NCBI GenBank assembly: GCA_965213925.1
Contig: OZ243927.1
Span: forward strand, 128,001 to 192,000
Reading direction: 5' to 3'
Source: Trueperaceae bacterium
GTDB taxonomy: Bacteria > Deinococcota > Deinococci > Deinococcales > Trueperaceae
Length of the DNA stretch: 64,000 nucleotides
Made by a program: the position numbers and the translations under genes. Under the pieces are notes generated by a model that was given only the letters and a program-made list of their open reading frames with translations, did no database searches and had not been told where the DNA came from. Below, piece after piece: positions 23,314 to 36,348 of the stretch; position 1 is the stretch's first letter, and each line of letters starts with the position of its first letter.

Positions 23314-24291
23314 GTGAGGTCGCTCGTCGACCAGCACGGGCGCGTCGTGCGCGACCTGCGCATCAGCGTGACGCCTCGGTGCAACTTCAAGTGCTTTTAC
23401 TGTGACCCGCTCGGGCATGGGCGTAAGGACCCGTTAGGTACGATTAGCGTGACGGACGTGCGCCATGTGCTCTCTGCGGCGGTGAGTTTAGGCGTGGAGT
23501 CGGTGCGCTTCACGGGCGGCGAACCCCTTTTGCGCAAAGAACTCCCTGAGATGATCGCGCTTGCCAGAGAACTCGGCGTCCAAGACGTCGCCTTGACCAC
23601 CAACGCGAGCCTCTTAAAGCGGCGCTTACCCGACCTCTTAGCCGCCGGGCTTGACAGAGTCAACATCTCGCTCGACGCGGTCGACCCCGACGTCTTTCGC
23701 CAAGCGACCAAAGGCGGCAACATAGAGCAGGTGTGGGAGGGCATCGAGGCGGTGATGGCGGCGGGGCTGCACCCTGTCAAGCTCAATACCGTGATGATTC
23801 GTGGCATCAACGACGGCGAACTCTTGGCGCTGGCGGAACTCTCTAAAGACCTCCCCATCCACGTGCGCTACATCGAATACATGCACCTCAACAACGCCAC
23901 TTCAGAGGATTACTATGAGGCGTTTATGCCGGGACGCGAGATTCGTGAGCGGATCGAGACGGCGTTCGGTGCGTTAGCGCCCCTCACGACCGACCCGAGT
24001 GCGCCCGCTAAGCTCTTCAAGGTTTCAGGTTGGCAGGGTGCGTTAGGCTTTATCAACCCTGTCTCCGAGCCCTTCTGCGGCGCGTGCAGCCGCATGAGGC
24101 TCACCAGCGACGCTAAACTGCGCCCTTGTCTGCTGAATGACCGCGAGCTGGATTTGCGCCCCGCTCTAAACGCGGCGGAGCCTGTTGCGGCGATTCAAGA
24201 GACTTTTTTAGTCGCCGCGCACCGCAAAGTCGCTTCGGGCGTCACGACGCCTGTAGATAGACCGAGGACGATGGTGGCCATCGGCGGCTGA
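23314..24291 (+). CDS. moaA: GTP 3',8-cyclase (molybdenum cofactor biosynthesis)
   Basis: LRISVTPRCNFKCFYC radical-SAM motif, TGGEPLLR, FCGACSRMR, C-terminal IGG. Confidence 0.93.
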   Translation: MRSLVDQHGRVVRDLRISVTPRCNFKCFYCDPLGHGRKDPLGTISVTDVRHVLSAAVSLGVESVRFTGGEPLLRKELPEMIALARELGVQDVALTTNASLLKRRLPDLLAAGLDRVNISLDAVDPDVFRQATKGGNIEQVWEGIEAVMAAGLHPVKLNTVMIRGINDGELLALAELSKDLPIHVRYIEYMHLNNATSEDYYEAFMPGREIRERIETAFGALAPLTTDPSAPAKLFKVSGWQGALGFINPVSEPFCGACSRMRLTSDAKLRPCLLNDRELDLRPALNAAEPVAAIQETFLVAAHRKVASGVTTPVDRPRTMVAIGG

Positions 24292-24698
24292 CTGTGTTTC
24301 AAATAGTATTCTAGTACTACATTTATAACGTTATACCGTTGACGCCTGCTACGGCCATTTTCTGTCGTCCTCACGAGAGGACCTAGCTTTACCATGTCGT
24401 TCTAAAGAGGGTCAAAGCGTATGATTGACCTTACAATTCGTAGGTTTAAGCATGTAAATATGCGGTTGCGACTCGACATTTTGGCTTTAATGCACGAAAG
24501 CACGACCATGCAGGTTGGACCGCTAAACTGGTCTAAAACCGCAGCCTGCACCTCTTTTCTTTTGTCTTCGCGCCTGGTAGTGTAGTATTCAAATACATCA
24601 TAGAGCAAGGAGGTGGAGCGCCGTTTAAGTTTTAGAGCGAAAAGCTCAAGCTAGAAGCCCCGAGCACCACGCAGCTACCCCCCAAGAAGGAGCACATT

Positions 24699-25520
24699 AT
24701 GGAGTCTGGACTGCCTGTACTGACTGTAGGACAGTATCAACTAGCCTACAACGCCTTGTCATTTGCGATCGCGGCAATGGTCGCGGGCGCGTTTTTCTTT
24801 ATTCTAGCGCGTCCCTATGTCGGCGAGAAGTACCGCTCATCACTACTTATCTCTGCTATCGTCGTAATTATCGCGGCGTACCACTATTTCCGCATCTTTA
24901 ACTCTTGGAGCGACGCCTACGCCTTCGAGGGCGGCGTTTACATGCCGACGGGCGAGCCCTTCAATGACCTCTACCGCTATATCGACTGGCTCCTGACTGT
25001 GCCGCTTCTCTTGACCGAGACCGTAGCTGTGCTGGCGCTGCCGCGCGGAAAGTCCGGCTCGCTCATCGCCCGTTTAGCGTTCGCCGCCGTGCTGATGATC
25101 GCGCTCGGCTACCCCGGCGAGATTCTGGACCCGCAAAATCAGTTCTGGGCGCGCTTCGGTTGGGGTTTCCTCAGCTCGGTGCCCTTCGCTTATATCCTCT
25201 ACGTACTCTGGGTGGAACTCGGCAATCAGCTCGAGCAAGAGTCCGATCAGGTCAGAAAGCTCGTGCGCAATTTGCGGCTTCTGCTCCTCGGTACCTGGGG
25301 CGTTTACCCTATCGCCTATATGATCCCGATGTTTGGTCTTCAGGGCGCTTGGGCGGAGGTCGGGCTGCAACTCGGTTACACGCTCGCTGACGTGCTCGCC
25401 AAGCCCGCCTTCGGTCTGCTCATCTACGCCATCGCGCGCGCTAAAACACGCGAGGACGAGGGCGACGTGGGCGTGGGCTCAGAGGAGGGCTCACAGGCTT
25501 CCGCTGCTGCAACGGATTAA
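24699..25520 (+). CDS. Xanthorhodopsin-like microbial rhodopsin, DTE proton pump
   Basis: AYHYFRIF, RYIDWLLTVPLLLTE (D-T-E), WGFLSS, DVLAK (retinal-binding Lys); 7 TM. Confidence 0.92.
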   Translation: MESGLPVLTVGQYQLAYNALSFAIAAMVAGAFFFILARPYVGEKYRSSLLISAIVVIIAAYHYFRIFNSWSDAYAFEGGVYMPTGEPFNDLYRYIDWLLTVPLLLTETVAVLALPRGKSGSLIARLAFAAVLMIALGYPGEILDPQNQFWARFGWGFLSSVPFAYILYVLWVELGNQLEQESDQVRKLVRNLRLLLLGTWGVYPIAYMIPMFGLQGAWAEVGLQLGYTLADVLAKPAFGLLIYAIARAKTREDEGDVGVGSEEGSQASAAATD

Positions 25521-25535
25521 GCTAGATCAGAAGTT

Positions 25536-25569
25536 AGGAGAAGCTCTGCGTGACTGAGGAGCTTCTCCT
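25536..25569. terminator. Bidirectional terminator between convergent genes
   Basis: AGGAGAAGCTC...GAGCTTCTCCT inverted repeat. Confidence 0.65.
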
Positions 25570-25576
25570 TCTGTGT

Positions 25577-25936
25577 TTAAGGCTGCGTTAGAAGCGCTTC
25601 GACACGCTCACGCAGCCTCTTAATGTCTAAAGGTTTCTCGAAGAAGTCTGCAACACCCAAAGCCTCGAGTCCAAGCGCTTTGTTCTGCGGGCGCTGCGCA
25701 CTCATCACAATCTTAGGGAGGTCGGGGCGGTCTTGTAAGTGACCGAGCAGCTCCAACCCGTCCATCTGCGGCATGTTGATGTCCGTAATCAGCAAGTCGA
25801 TAGGTTGCTGCTCCAGTATGCCTAGCGCCTCTAAGCCGTTCTCGGCAAAGTAGAGGTCGTGACCCGTCCGGCTCAAGATACCTCTTAGAAGAACGCGGAT
25901 AGAGGGTTGGTCGTCGACAATGAGGATGCTCGCCAC
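25577..25936 (-). CDS. Stand-alone response regulator receiver domain
   Basis: ILIVDD, TDINMPQMDG, MSA, EKP. Confidence 0.9.
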   Translation of the reverse strand: MASILIVDDQPSIRVLLRGILSRTGHDLYFAENGLEALGILEQQPIDLLITDINMPQMDGLELLGHLQDRPDLPKIVMSAQRPQNKALGLEALGVADFFEKPLDIKRLRERVEALLTQP

Positions 25937-25980
25937 AACGCTGAGGGTAGCGCACGGGCTCTTACAAAATTCTTACAAAT

Positions 25981-27063
25981 CTAGTCGAGCACTTCCAAGC
26001 GGTGAACCTCATACTCGTTCTCGCAGGGCGGTCCGTCGCTCACGAACATCGTCAAGCTGTTTAGCTCCATAATGATGGACGTGACGGTCGCATATTGGTC
26101 GTACGCGGCGTCCGTGGTGTCGGGGTGGCGGCAGATGGAGTTAGGGTGACCCTGATGGTCGCGCAGCCGCGCCTTGACCTCTTCGGCCGTGAAGGTCGGC
26201 TGGTCGTGAAGGAGGGCGCTCAGGCGCTTATGACGCTCATAAGACTGCGGGCGGTGCTCGTCTTCGGGTGGCTCGACGACGCCCGCCACGTCCGGATCGA
26301 CGAAGTGGTTCGCGTGAACGACGACGCCTTCGTCGAGCGCCGGCTTGTAGAGAGTATCCGGAGCAGCTTCGATGTTAACGAGTTTATCCGGCGCTTGCGC
26401 GATGACAAAATTCGCTGAGCACGCCCGCTTTTTGCTCGTCACAACCGCCACCGCCGCTTCGAAGGTGCGCTGGCGCAAGATGTTGTAGCAGCGCACGTGA
26501 AAGGGCGTGTGAAAGCTCATCCACTCATCCGCTGTGCTCGTCAAGCCGTTGATGGCGAGCCCGAGCCGCGCGCTGTTCGCGCCGATCTTTCCGCCGACGA
26601 TGCCCGCTTCGGTAAAGCTGAGGGTCTGTAAACCGTCTTCATGTGTCGCGTGAAGTAGCGCGCCTTTGACCTGCGGAATCCAGTCCCAGTTTTGTCCGAT
26701 GAAAAGCTCGCGCGCCTCGGTACGCTCTGGCGCTAAGGCGAACGAAGTGCAACCGTCCGCGACGCCGAACTCATAGTAGAGAAGCTCGTAGCGGATGTTG
26801 AGCGCGGTAATAATGGTGAGGTCCGTGCTGGAGCCCTCCGCGACGCCTCGCATAGCGGCGTAGTAGTCGGGACTGGCGCGCCGGATCACATCTTCGTAAG
26901 CGTGAGCGCGCTCCACGACCTCTGTAGGTGACAGCCCGACCTCTTCTTCGAAGCGCTGAAAGTAAACGTTGACGTTATGCTGAATTTCGCCCCTAAGCGC
27001 TCCTCCGTGCGCGAGCCCTTGCTCAAAAGGTGAACCGTATAATGGGATCATGGGTAGGCTCAA
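25981..27063 (-). CDS. Peptidase C45 / acyl-CoA:6-APA acyltransferase-like Ntn hydrolase (start uncertain)
   Basis: LNIRYE...DGCTSF...GQNWDW, HANHF, SICRH. Confidence 0.85.
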   Translation of the reverse strand: MSLPMIPLYGSPFEQGLAHGGALRGEIQHNVNVYFQRFEEEVGLSPTEVVERAHAYEDVIRRASPDYYAAMRGVAEGSSTDLTIITALNIRYELLYYEFGVADGCTSFALAPERTEARELFIGQNWDWIPQVKGALLHATHEDGLQTLSFTEAGIVGGKIGANSARLGLAINGLTSTADEWMSFHTPFHVRCYNILRQRTFEAAVAVVTSKKRACSANFVIAQAPDKLVNIEAAPDTLYKPALDEGVVVHANHFVDPDVAGVVEPPEDEHRPQSYERHKRLSALLHDQPTFTAEEVKARLRDHQGHPNSICRHPDTTDAAYDQYATVTSIIMELNSLTMFVSDGPPCENEYEVHRLEVLD

Positions 27064-27303
27064 CGTGCCACCTCCGACGTTCAAGTGTTGATTAAAAAAC
27101 TTGCTTGCAGTAGAACGTGTATATGGTTCGCTGCTTCGCAGCATCTGAATCTCGTAGGTTCAGACAGAAACTCAGTATGACCCACGTTGGCGTAAATGCA
27201 AGTAAGGGCGACACCTACTGCGGTGTCGCCCTCTAAGCTCTATCCGGTTTGCTATTTTTACAGGCGTGCTGTTTGTCGCAACGCTCAAGTTTCGCGGGAA
27301 GTC

Positions 27304-28404
27304 TCAGTTTATTTGGGGCTTTACTTTTACGCTTACTGTGCGCGGTAGGTCGAGCATTCCGGTGCGTTTCGCTGAGGCGAGGTAGTTGGCGACGCGCCCG
27401 TAGTCTTTGATACCCGCGCTCACGCCCTGCGTGCGCAAGTAGGAGTCGTAGACCTTCGTCTGCACCTTCTTGACCGGCTTGGGCGGGTGATACTTGAGCC
27501 GCACCGCTTGTCTCTCGGCGAGGTCGTCTAGGGCGATTTGGGGGAGTAGGTCGTACGCTGCCCTGTAAGCGTCGCCGGGAAGCCTCCAGGCGAAACGCGA
27601 GAAGAGGCTTAGCGCCACGCTGTAACGCACGTAGGGGTCGTCCGCCTGCAAACCCGCCATCGCCGCGACGAAGTCCGTCTCGGCCTCGCTGCTGTAGCCC
27701 GCGACGTGCGCGAGTTCGTGCAAGCCTACCGCTAAGAAGGCGTAGTCGGGCAGCGCTCCGTCGACGTGCGCCTCGAGCCAAAAGGGTGAGATCACGCCCG
27801 TCGCTTGTCCGCCCGATATCAGGAGCCCCGGCGGGGTGGCTTTGACTTTTGAAGGCAGCGTCACCTCCTGCCCTTCAAAGCTGTAGACAACCCTTCTAAG
27901 CGACGCTTTTCCGGCTCGGAACGAGGCCGCGAGGTCGGGATTATGCGCGGCGTGAGCATTATCCGCCACGACCTGTGCCAAGCTCAAGGTGAGGTCGGTC
28001 ATCTCTTCGGTGGTGGCGGGGGCAAGCTCGAGCGCGCTGCGCGCTTGGAGGGGGCTACGGCTATAGTTCGCGCCCCACGTCGCTAAAAAGAGCGCGTAGA
28101 CGACCAGCGACGCCGCCGCGCCGCGCCAGCACCACATGAGCGCAAAGCGCCGCAGCCCGCTGCGTTTCTTCCAGGAACGAAAGAGGAGCAGCGGTACGCC
28201 GACGAGCAGGAGGATAAAGCTCAGCCCCGTCAGCGAAAAGGGTACGGCGTCGCTTATCGGCACGAGCACGGCGGCGATGTGTCTGTAGATACGTCCCGAA
28301 TACACGCTGTTGACCCACGCGGCTGACGGGGCGAGCAGCGTCCACGCCGCGATGAGTGCGCCGAGTAAGGCGGCGAAACCGTAGAGAAGACCGTAGCGAA
28401 GCAT
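27304..28404 (-). CDS. DUF3810-like zincin membrane protein
   Basis: WGANYSR, G.ISPFWLEA, HELAHVAGY..EAETDF. Confidence 0.75.
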   Translation of the reverse strand: MLRYGLLYGFAALLGALIAAWTLLAPSAAWVNSVYSGRIYRHIAAVLVPISDAVPFSLTGLSFILLLVGVPLLLFRSWKKRSGLRRFALMWCWRGAAASLVVYALFLATWGANYSRSPLQARSALELAPATTEEMTDLTLSLAQVVADNAHAAHNPDLAASFRAGKASLRRVVYSFEGQEVTLPSKVKATPPGLLISGGQATGVISPFWLEAHVDGALPDYAFLAVGLHELAHVAGYSSEAETDFVAAMAGLQADDPYVRYSVALSLFSRFAWRLPGDAYRAAYDLLPQIALDDLAERQAVRLKYHPPKPVKKVQTKVYDSYLRTQGVSAGIKDYGRVANYLASAKRTGMLDLPRTVSVKVKPQIN

Positions 28405-28595
28405 AGGTCATGTTAGGCGCTTTGAGGGGGACAGCGTGTTAGAAAGTTAAGGTTTACTGAACCTCATGAAGTATCTGTAAAACTTCTGGCAGACTCGTCG
28501 GAGACGGCCGTGAGGGAATTTTAACGCCCTGCGAATAGGGCTTGAATTTCTCACGCAGAAGCGTATTGGCTGATGAGCTAACGCGACTAAACGCT

Positions 28596-30926
28596 TTAGT
28601 TATACTTCGAAAGCTCCTGCGGCGGCTGCGGCTTGCCGAGCAGATACCCTTGCGCCAAGTCGCAGCCTTCGGCTCTCAGCCAGCGCATCTGCGCGTCCGT
28701 CTCGACGCCCTCAGCGAGCACCGTGACGCCCAGGTTGTGCGCGAGCGTGACGATGGTGCGCACGATGGCCTCTTTTGCGCGGCTCTTACCGATACCCCAT
28801 ACGAAGCTCTTGTCGATTTTGAGGATGTCGATGGGGAGTTTTTCCAGGTACGATAGCGACGAATATCCCGTGCCGAAGTCGTCTATAGCGACGCGCAGGC
28901 CCATCGCTCTCAGGTCGTGGAGGATGTCTAAGCTTGCGGCGGGGTCTATAAAGGCGCTCTCGGTAATCTCCAAGACGACCGCTCTATGGTCTATGGGCGT
29001 GGTGCTAAGCAGCTTGATGAGGTACGTAACTAGGGAGCTGTCACGAAACGAGCGGGCTGACACGTTGATCGAGACCCAAGGAGGTACTGGGCTCGCCTCT
29101 ACGCTCGGGCGAGGCTCGAGCCTCGCGTTAGCGGCTATAGTTTTGAACGCTTTAGCGAGCACCCACTCGTCGATCTCGCGGATGAGCCCGAGTTCTTCGG
29201 CGAAGGGGATGAAAGTCGCAGGCGAAGCGACCTCACTGCCCCCATCTTCCCAGCGGAGCAGCGCCTCTGCGCCCACCACGCGGCTCGTCTGCAGGCTCGA
29301 GATGGGCTGATAGCAGAGGTGCAACCCCTCTTTGCGCAAGGCGTATCTGAGGCGCTCCTCCAAAGTGAGCAGGTCGCGCCGCCGCGCCCCTTGCGTGTCG
29401 CTATAAAAGAGCGAGGTCGTCCGCCCCTCCTTGACGCTGTACATCGCGATGTCCGCACACTTCAGAAGGTCGTCCACGCTCCTACCGTTATAGGGATATA
29501 TGGCGATACCGACGCTCGCGTCCACGTGAAGGGTGTGTCCTTGTAACGTGAAAGGGTCGCGCAACTCGGCGAGAAGGCGCTCGGCGACCTCTTGCGCCTC
29601 CGCCTCGCTGAGTCCGGGTGCGATGATCGCGAATTCGTCACCGCCCAAGCGGGCTAGAAGGTCGCCTTCTTGCACCACGCTTTCCAAGCGTTCGGCGGCT
29701 TGAGCGAGCAACTGGTCGCCCGCCGCGTGCCCCAACGTATCGTTGATGTTCTTGAAGCGGTTGAGGTCGAGGTAGAAGAGCACCGCGCGCTGTTCGTTTT
29801 CCTCGGCGCGCCTTAGCAGCGCTTCGCCGCGCTCCAAAAGGCCGCGCCGGTTGGTTAGGCCCGTCAGGGCGTCGCTGTACGCCATTCTTTCAACCATGAG
29901 GTGGCGCGTCCGCTCTTCGGTGATGTCCTGAACGACCAAAACTTGACCCGAAAAGTCGCCGCGCGGCTCGCGGACCGGGGAGACGCGCAGGCGGTAGTAC
30001 TTGGGCGCGTCCTCCTTATGACCTGGAACGCTCACCTCTTTGGGCTCGCTGGGCGCTCCGTCAAGCCACGCCTCTAAGCCTGACCAAGTCGGCAGCGCCT
30101 GCACGACGCTGCGTCCGATGACCTCATCGGCGGATACATCTAGGAGCGACTGGGCGGCGCGGTTGAGGTCCACCACGCGGTGGCGCGCGTCTAAAACGAT
30201 CACGCTGTCCGCCATGTTCTCAATGACGACCGCCCGCGCGTTCGGCAAGGGGTCGGGAATGTGGAAGTAGAAAAACCCCAGGGCGACTGCGAGCATCCCG
30301 ACGCCGAAGCCGTAGGGCGTAAGGTCGATGGGCAAATCCGGGAAAAAGAGGTAGAGGACGTTAAAAGCGAGGGGCATCAATGCGCCCAGGAGGAGGCTCG
30401 AGGACTGCTTGCGGTGCAAGTAGAGCGAGCTTGTAAACATCCACACTAAAAGCCCCATCCCCGCGAGTAAGAGCCCGTAAGAATACGCCGTATGAACCCA
30501 GAACCAGGGACCATACGTAAGCGCTAAAAGCGTCGTTCCGCCCCAGACCTCGAGCTGTGCGCTGCGCCAGAAGAGCCCGTGCGCCTCGTTCGTGTAGATG
30601 AGAAAAAGTGTCGCGGTAGGAACCGCGGCGAGCGCCGCGAGAAGGCGTTTTTTAAGCCAACTCGTCCGGTGGGCGTACTGCAGCATGAGCGCGAACCAAA
30701 CCACGGGAATAGGTGCGATGCCTATGTACTGGAGCCGCGCCCACCACAGTTTCGCCGTGACACCCTCACCAAGGAGTTCCATGCCGTAGCCCGCCGCCCA
30801 CAGCGCGAGCAGGAGCGAGAAAGGAACGAAGATAGACGCGGCGGGCACATCCCTGTTGCGCCAAGCGTAGAGGGCGAGCGCTAAGCATTTGCTCGAGACG
30901 ACAAAGGCAAAAATAATCCAGAACAT
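28596..30926 (-). CDS. 7TM sensor-PAS-GGDEF-EAL diguanylate cyclase/phosphodiesterase
   Basis: HisKA_7TM-like N-terminus (YGPWFW.HTAYSY), PAS, RLGGDEF, EALLRW, DDFGTGYSS, EGVET. Confidence 0.92.
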   Translation of the reverse strand: MFWIIFAFVVSSKCLALALYAWRNRDVPAASIFVPFSLLLALWAAGYGMELLGEGVTAKLWWARLQYIGIAPIPVVWFALMLQYAHRTSWLKKRLLAALAAVPTATLFLIYTNEAHGLFWRSAQLEVWGGTTLLALTYGPWFWVHTAYSYGLLLAGMGLLVWMFTSSLYLHRKQSSSLLLGALMPLAFNVLYLFFPDLPIDLTPYGFGVGMLAVALGFFYFHIPDPLPNARAVVIENMADSVIVLDARHRVVDLNRAAQSLLDVSADEVIGRSVVQALPTWSGLEAWLDGAPSEPKEVSVPGHKEDAPKYYRLRVSPVREPRGDFSGQVLVVQDITEERTRHLMVERMAYSDALTGLTNRRGLLERGEALLRRAEENEQRAVLFYLDLNRFKNINDTLGHAAGDQLLAQAAERLESVVQEGDLLARLGGDEFAIIAPGLSEAEAQEVAERLLAELRDPFTLQGHTLHVDASVGIAIYPYNGRSVDDLLKCADIAMYSVKEGRTTSLFYSDTQGARRRDLLTLEERLRYALRKEGLHLCYQPISSLQTSRVVGAEALLRWEDGGSEVASPATFIPFAEELGLIREIDEWVLAKAFKTIAANARLEPRPSVEASPVPPWVSINVSARSFRDSSLVTYLIKLLSTTPIDHRAVVLEITESAFIDPAASLDILHDLRAMGLRVAIDDFGTGYSSLSYLEKLPIDILKIDKSFVWGIGKSRAKEAIVRTIVTLAHNLGVTVLAEGVETDAQMRWLRAEGCDLAQGYLLGKPQPPQELSKYN

Positions 30927-31104
30927 CGCGCTACGCCGCCGTATCTTCTGGAGCAGAGCGTAGAGGTGCTAGATTGGTCCAGCAGGTCAGCATCACGTAA
31001 CAGCTTATGATAGACAGCGCCTCACGTCCAAGACGTCAGGCGTAATTGAGGCGCTTCGCGCGCCATATGTTAGATATTTTACATCCACTTCTCGACCTTG
31101 CGCT

Positions 31105-32270
31105 CTATACGACCTGACCCAAAAAGCGCCTGAGCCGCACCGCGAGTTGCGGAAACTCGATCAAGAAGGCGTCGTGACCGTGCGGCGAGGTGATGCGAAC
31201 GTACTGCGCGTTGGGCAACCCCTCTAACAGCTGCCGCTGCTCCGCTTCGGGGTAGAGCACATCGCTGTTAATGCCCATGACGAGCGCGGGCATCGTCATC
31301 TTGCCGAGCACGTGCGAGAGCCTACCGCGCCCGTCTGTGAGGTCGTAGTCGTCCATCGCTTTGGTGAGGTAGAGGTACGTGTTCGCGTCGAAGCGCTGCA
31401 CCAGCTTGACCCCTTGATAGTCCAGGTACGACTCGATTTCGAAGGATTTACCCAGGAGGTCGCGGGAGTGAGAGACGCGCCCCCGCCCGAACTTCGCGTC
31501 CAAGGAGTCTACTGAGCGGTACGAAAGCATCGCCACCGCCCGCGCTAGACCGAGCCCCGTTTCGGGTTGCTTGTCCAGTGGATAGTCCCCGCCGCACCAC
31601 GCCGCGTCACTCGTAATGGCTCGCCGCGCCACCTCATTTAGACCGATCGCCCACGCCGAATGCCGCGCGGAGGTGCCGATAGGGACGACGCTCCGCACCC
31701 GCTCCGGGTACATCGCCGCCCACTCCAAAACCTGCATCCCACCCATGCTGCCGCCGACCACCGCTTTGATCGAGGAGACGCCCAGCGTGTCCATAAGACG
31801 CCTTTGCACCTCCACTATGTCGCGCACGGTGTAGCGCGGAAAGTCGAGGCGGTAAGGGTGCCCCGTTTCGGGGTCCAAACTGCTCGGACCTGTCGTGCCG
31901 TAGCAGCCGCCCAAAACGTTCGAGCAAATGACGAAATGCTCAGCAGTGTCAACCGGTTTGCCCGGTCCGATGAGCGGGTCCCACCAGCCGGGGACTTGCG
32001 CCCGCCCCTGCACCCCCGCCGCGTGCGCCGAGCCCGTGAGCGCGTGGCAGATGAGAATCGCGTTGTCGCCCGCCGCGTTCAGCTCGCCGTAAGTTTCGAA
32101 AGTGACGGCGACGTGCTTTAGGGTGCCGCCATACTCGAGCACCAGCGGCTCCTGCGGCGTCGCCACGTCCACCACTTGCGGCGTGACCATCCCGACGCCG
32201 CCCGCGTCCGCCTGCGTCCTCGCTAGGAGCGCCGCGTGGTCGCCCCACGTTTCGTGAACGAGCGTGCGGT

Positions 32271-32274
<4 letters not shown>
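31105..32274 (-). CDS. metX: Homoserine O-acetyltransferase
   Basis: ICHALTGS, GGSMGGMQ, RFDANTY, HGHDAFL. Confidence 0.92.
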
Positions 32275-34942
<2,668 letters not shown>

Positions 34943-35225
34943 CTAGTCAGCATTTCAGGGTTTTCCTGAAGTCCAGTCAAGCTGACCATGTAATCCAGTC
35001 ATACCCCATACGGGGCACAGGGCTGGTTACGCAGTCTCCCGCTTACGAAGTTTTCACGAATGCGAAAGGGAACGAACGGTCTTGCGAAGCAAACGAACGG
35101 TCTGAGTTACTGGTAAGTCAAGAACAAAGCAGCCCGATTCTGAGTTTTTATACGCTCAGCAATCGAACTGCTCCAAACATTCGTGCAAAATAAACTTGTA
35201 TGGAACCGCGTTTCAACGTCATCTC

Positions 35226-35345
35226 CTTATCTCTCTCGAGCCTAACTATCGTAGTTCGCGTCTCGAGTTGGAGGGAGCACCCGCTTACATGAAAGCTGGT
35301 TGCTGCAACGTCGCCGGGCCAAATCCCTCGGTTGCTCTGGATAAG
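35226..35345 (-). ncRNA. SAM-I (S-box) riboswitch
   Basis: Minus strand CTTATCCAGAG...GAGGGATTTGGCCC...GCAACC...GGTGC...GATAAG, upstream of the met genes. Confidence 0.9.
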
Positions 35346-35482
35346 TGCCACCTCTTGAAAAGTGGTATGGAAAATTAGAACATACTTGCTTAGGGGTTTG
35401 CAAGGGCTTTACGGTTTAGGTTCAGGGCTACCGCAAAGTCAGGAGCTAAGGAGCTTAGGGAGGTAAGCACGGTTCCAGCCTG

Positions 35483-35641
35483 CACGTAGTCGTTTTGCTT
35501 GAACCCCTCGCCGCCAACGCGAACGCCACCATCGTCACCTACAACCTCAAAGACTTTAGAGGAAGCGAGACCTTAGGCATTGATGCTGTAGACCCCGCCG
35601 AGCTTATCCGCGCACTTATTAAGAAAGGATGGACCCCATGA
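35483..35641 (+). pseudogene. C-terminal remnant of a PIN-domain toxin
   Basis: Reads HVVVLLEPLAANANATIVTYNLKDF...DAVDPAELI; stop overlaps the antitoxin ATG (ATGA); no N-terminus. Confidence 0.6.
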
Positions 35642-35928
35642 GCAGTTTGAACCTGCGTCTACCTGACTACCTCCACGATCATATCCGCGAACTAGCTAAG
35701 CGTGAAGGCGTTTCAATCAACCAGCTCATCACGCTGGCAGTAGCGGAGAAGGTCTCGGCGCTGGACGCGGCGACGTATCTACGTGAGCGAGCGAACCGAG
35801 CTGATGAGGAGGCCTACAGGGAAGTGTTTGAAGCTGTGCCTGCTGTTCCTACCGATACGCATGACGCCGTACCTGAGGATTTGCAGAGCGTGTTCAGGAA
35901 GCTGTGGCGTTTTGAACGTTGGTCGTGA
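35638..35928 (+). CDS. Ribbon-helix-helix antitoxin (HicB-like)
   Basis: SLNLRLPDYLH..IRELAKREGVSINQLI..AVAEK. Confidence 0.8.
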   Translation: MSSLNLRLPDYLHDHIRELAKREGVSINQLITLAVAEKVSALDAATYLRERANRADEEAYREVFEAVPAVPTDTHDAVPEDLQSVFRKLWRFERWS

Positions 35929-36074
35929 AAGCTTCTACGCTCAGCTTTTTCGCGTAAGTCCTACTCTATTCTCTATAACCGTTTGAAATTTTGATAAATC
36001 CCATTTGAACTATTATAATCTGTAGCTTTGCTAAATTTTTCGGTCGTAAAATTTGACAGAAGTATACTGTACAT

Positions 36075-36348
36075 ACCTGGCAAGATGGCGCGGCGGTGGT
36101 CAAGGTCTTCCCGGCCTCGAGCGGCGGCCCGGGCCACGTCAAAGCGCTCAAGAGCGTTCCGCCAGACGTGCCGTTCGTCCCAACGGGCAGCGTGAACGGG
36201 GCGAACTTAGACGCCTTTTGCTGCCGGGGCTGAGTTTGTCGGCGTTGGGAGCGCCCTCCTGCCGCAAGAGCAAAGTGCCTGGGCTAACCGAGAGGTTCTC
36301 TCGGCACACTTAGCGCCCTACTTAGACGCGAGAAAGGAACACGCATGA
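36075..36348 (+). pseudogene. eda: Truncated, frameshifted KDPG/KHG aldolase remnant
   Basis: GAAVVKVFPASSGGPGHVKAL...FVPTGSV...(shift) AAGAEFVGVGSAL; 5' half missing. Confidence 0.7.
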
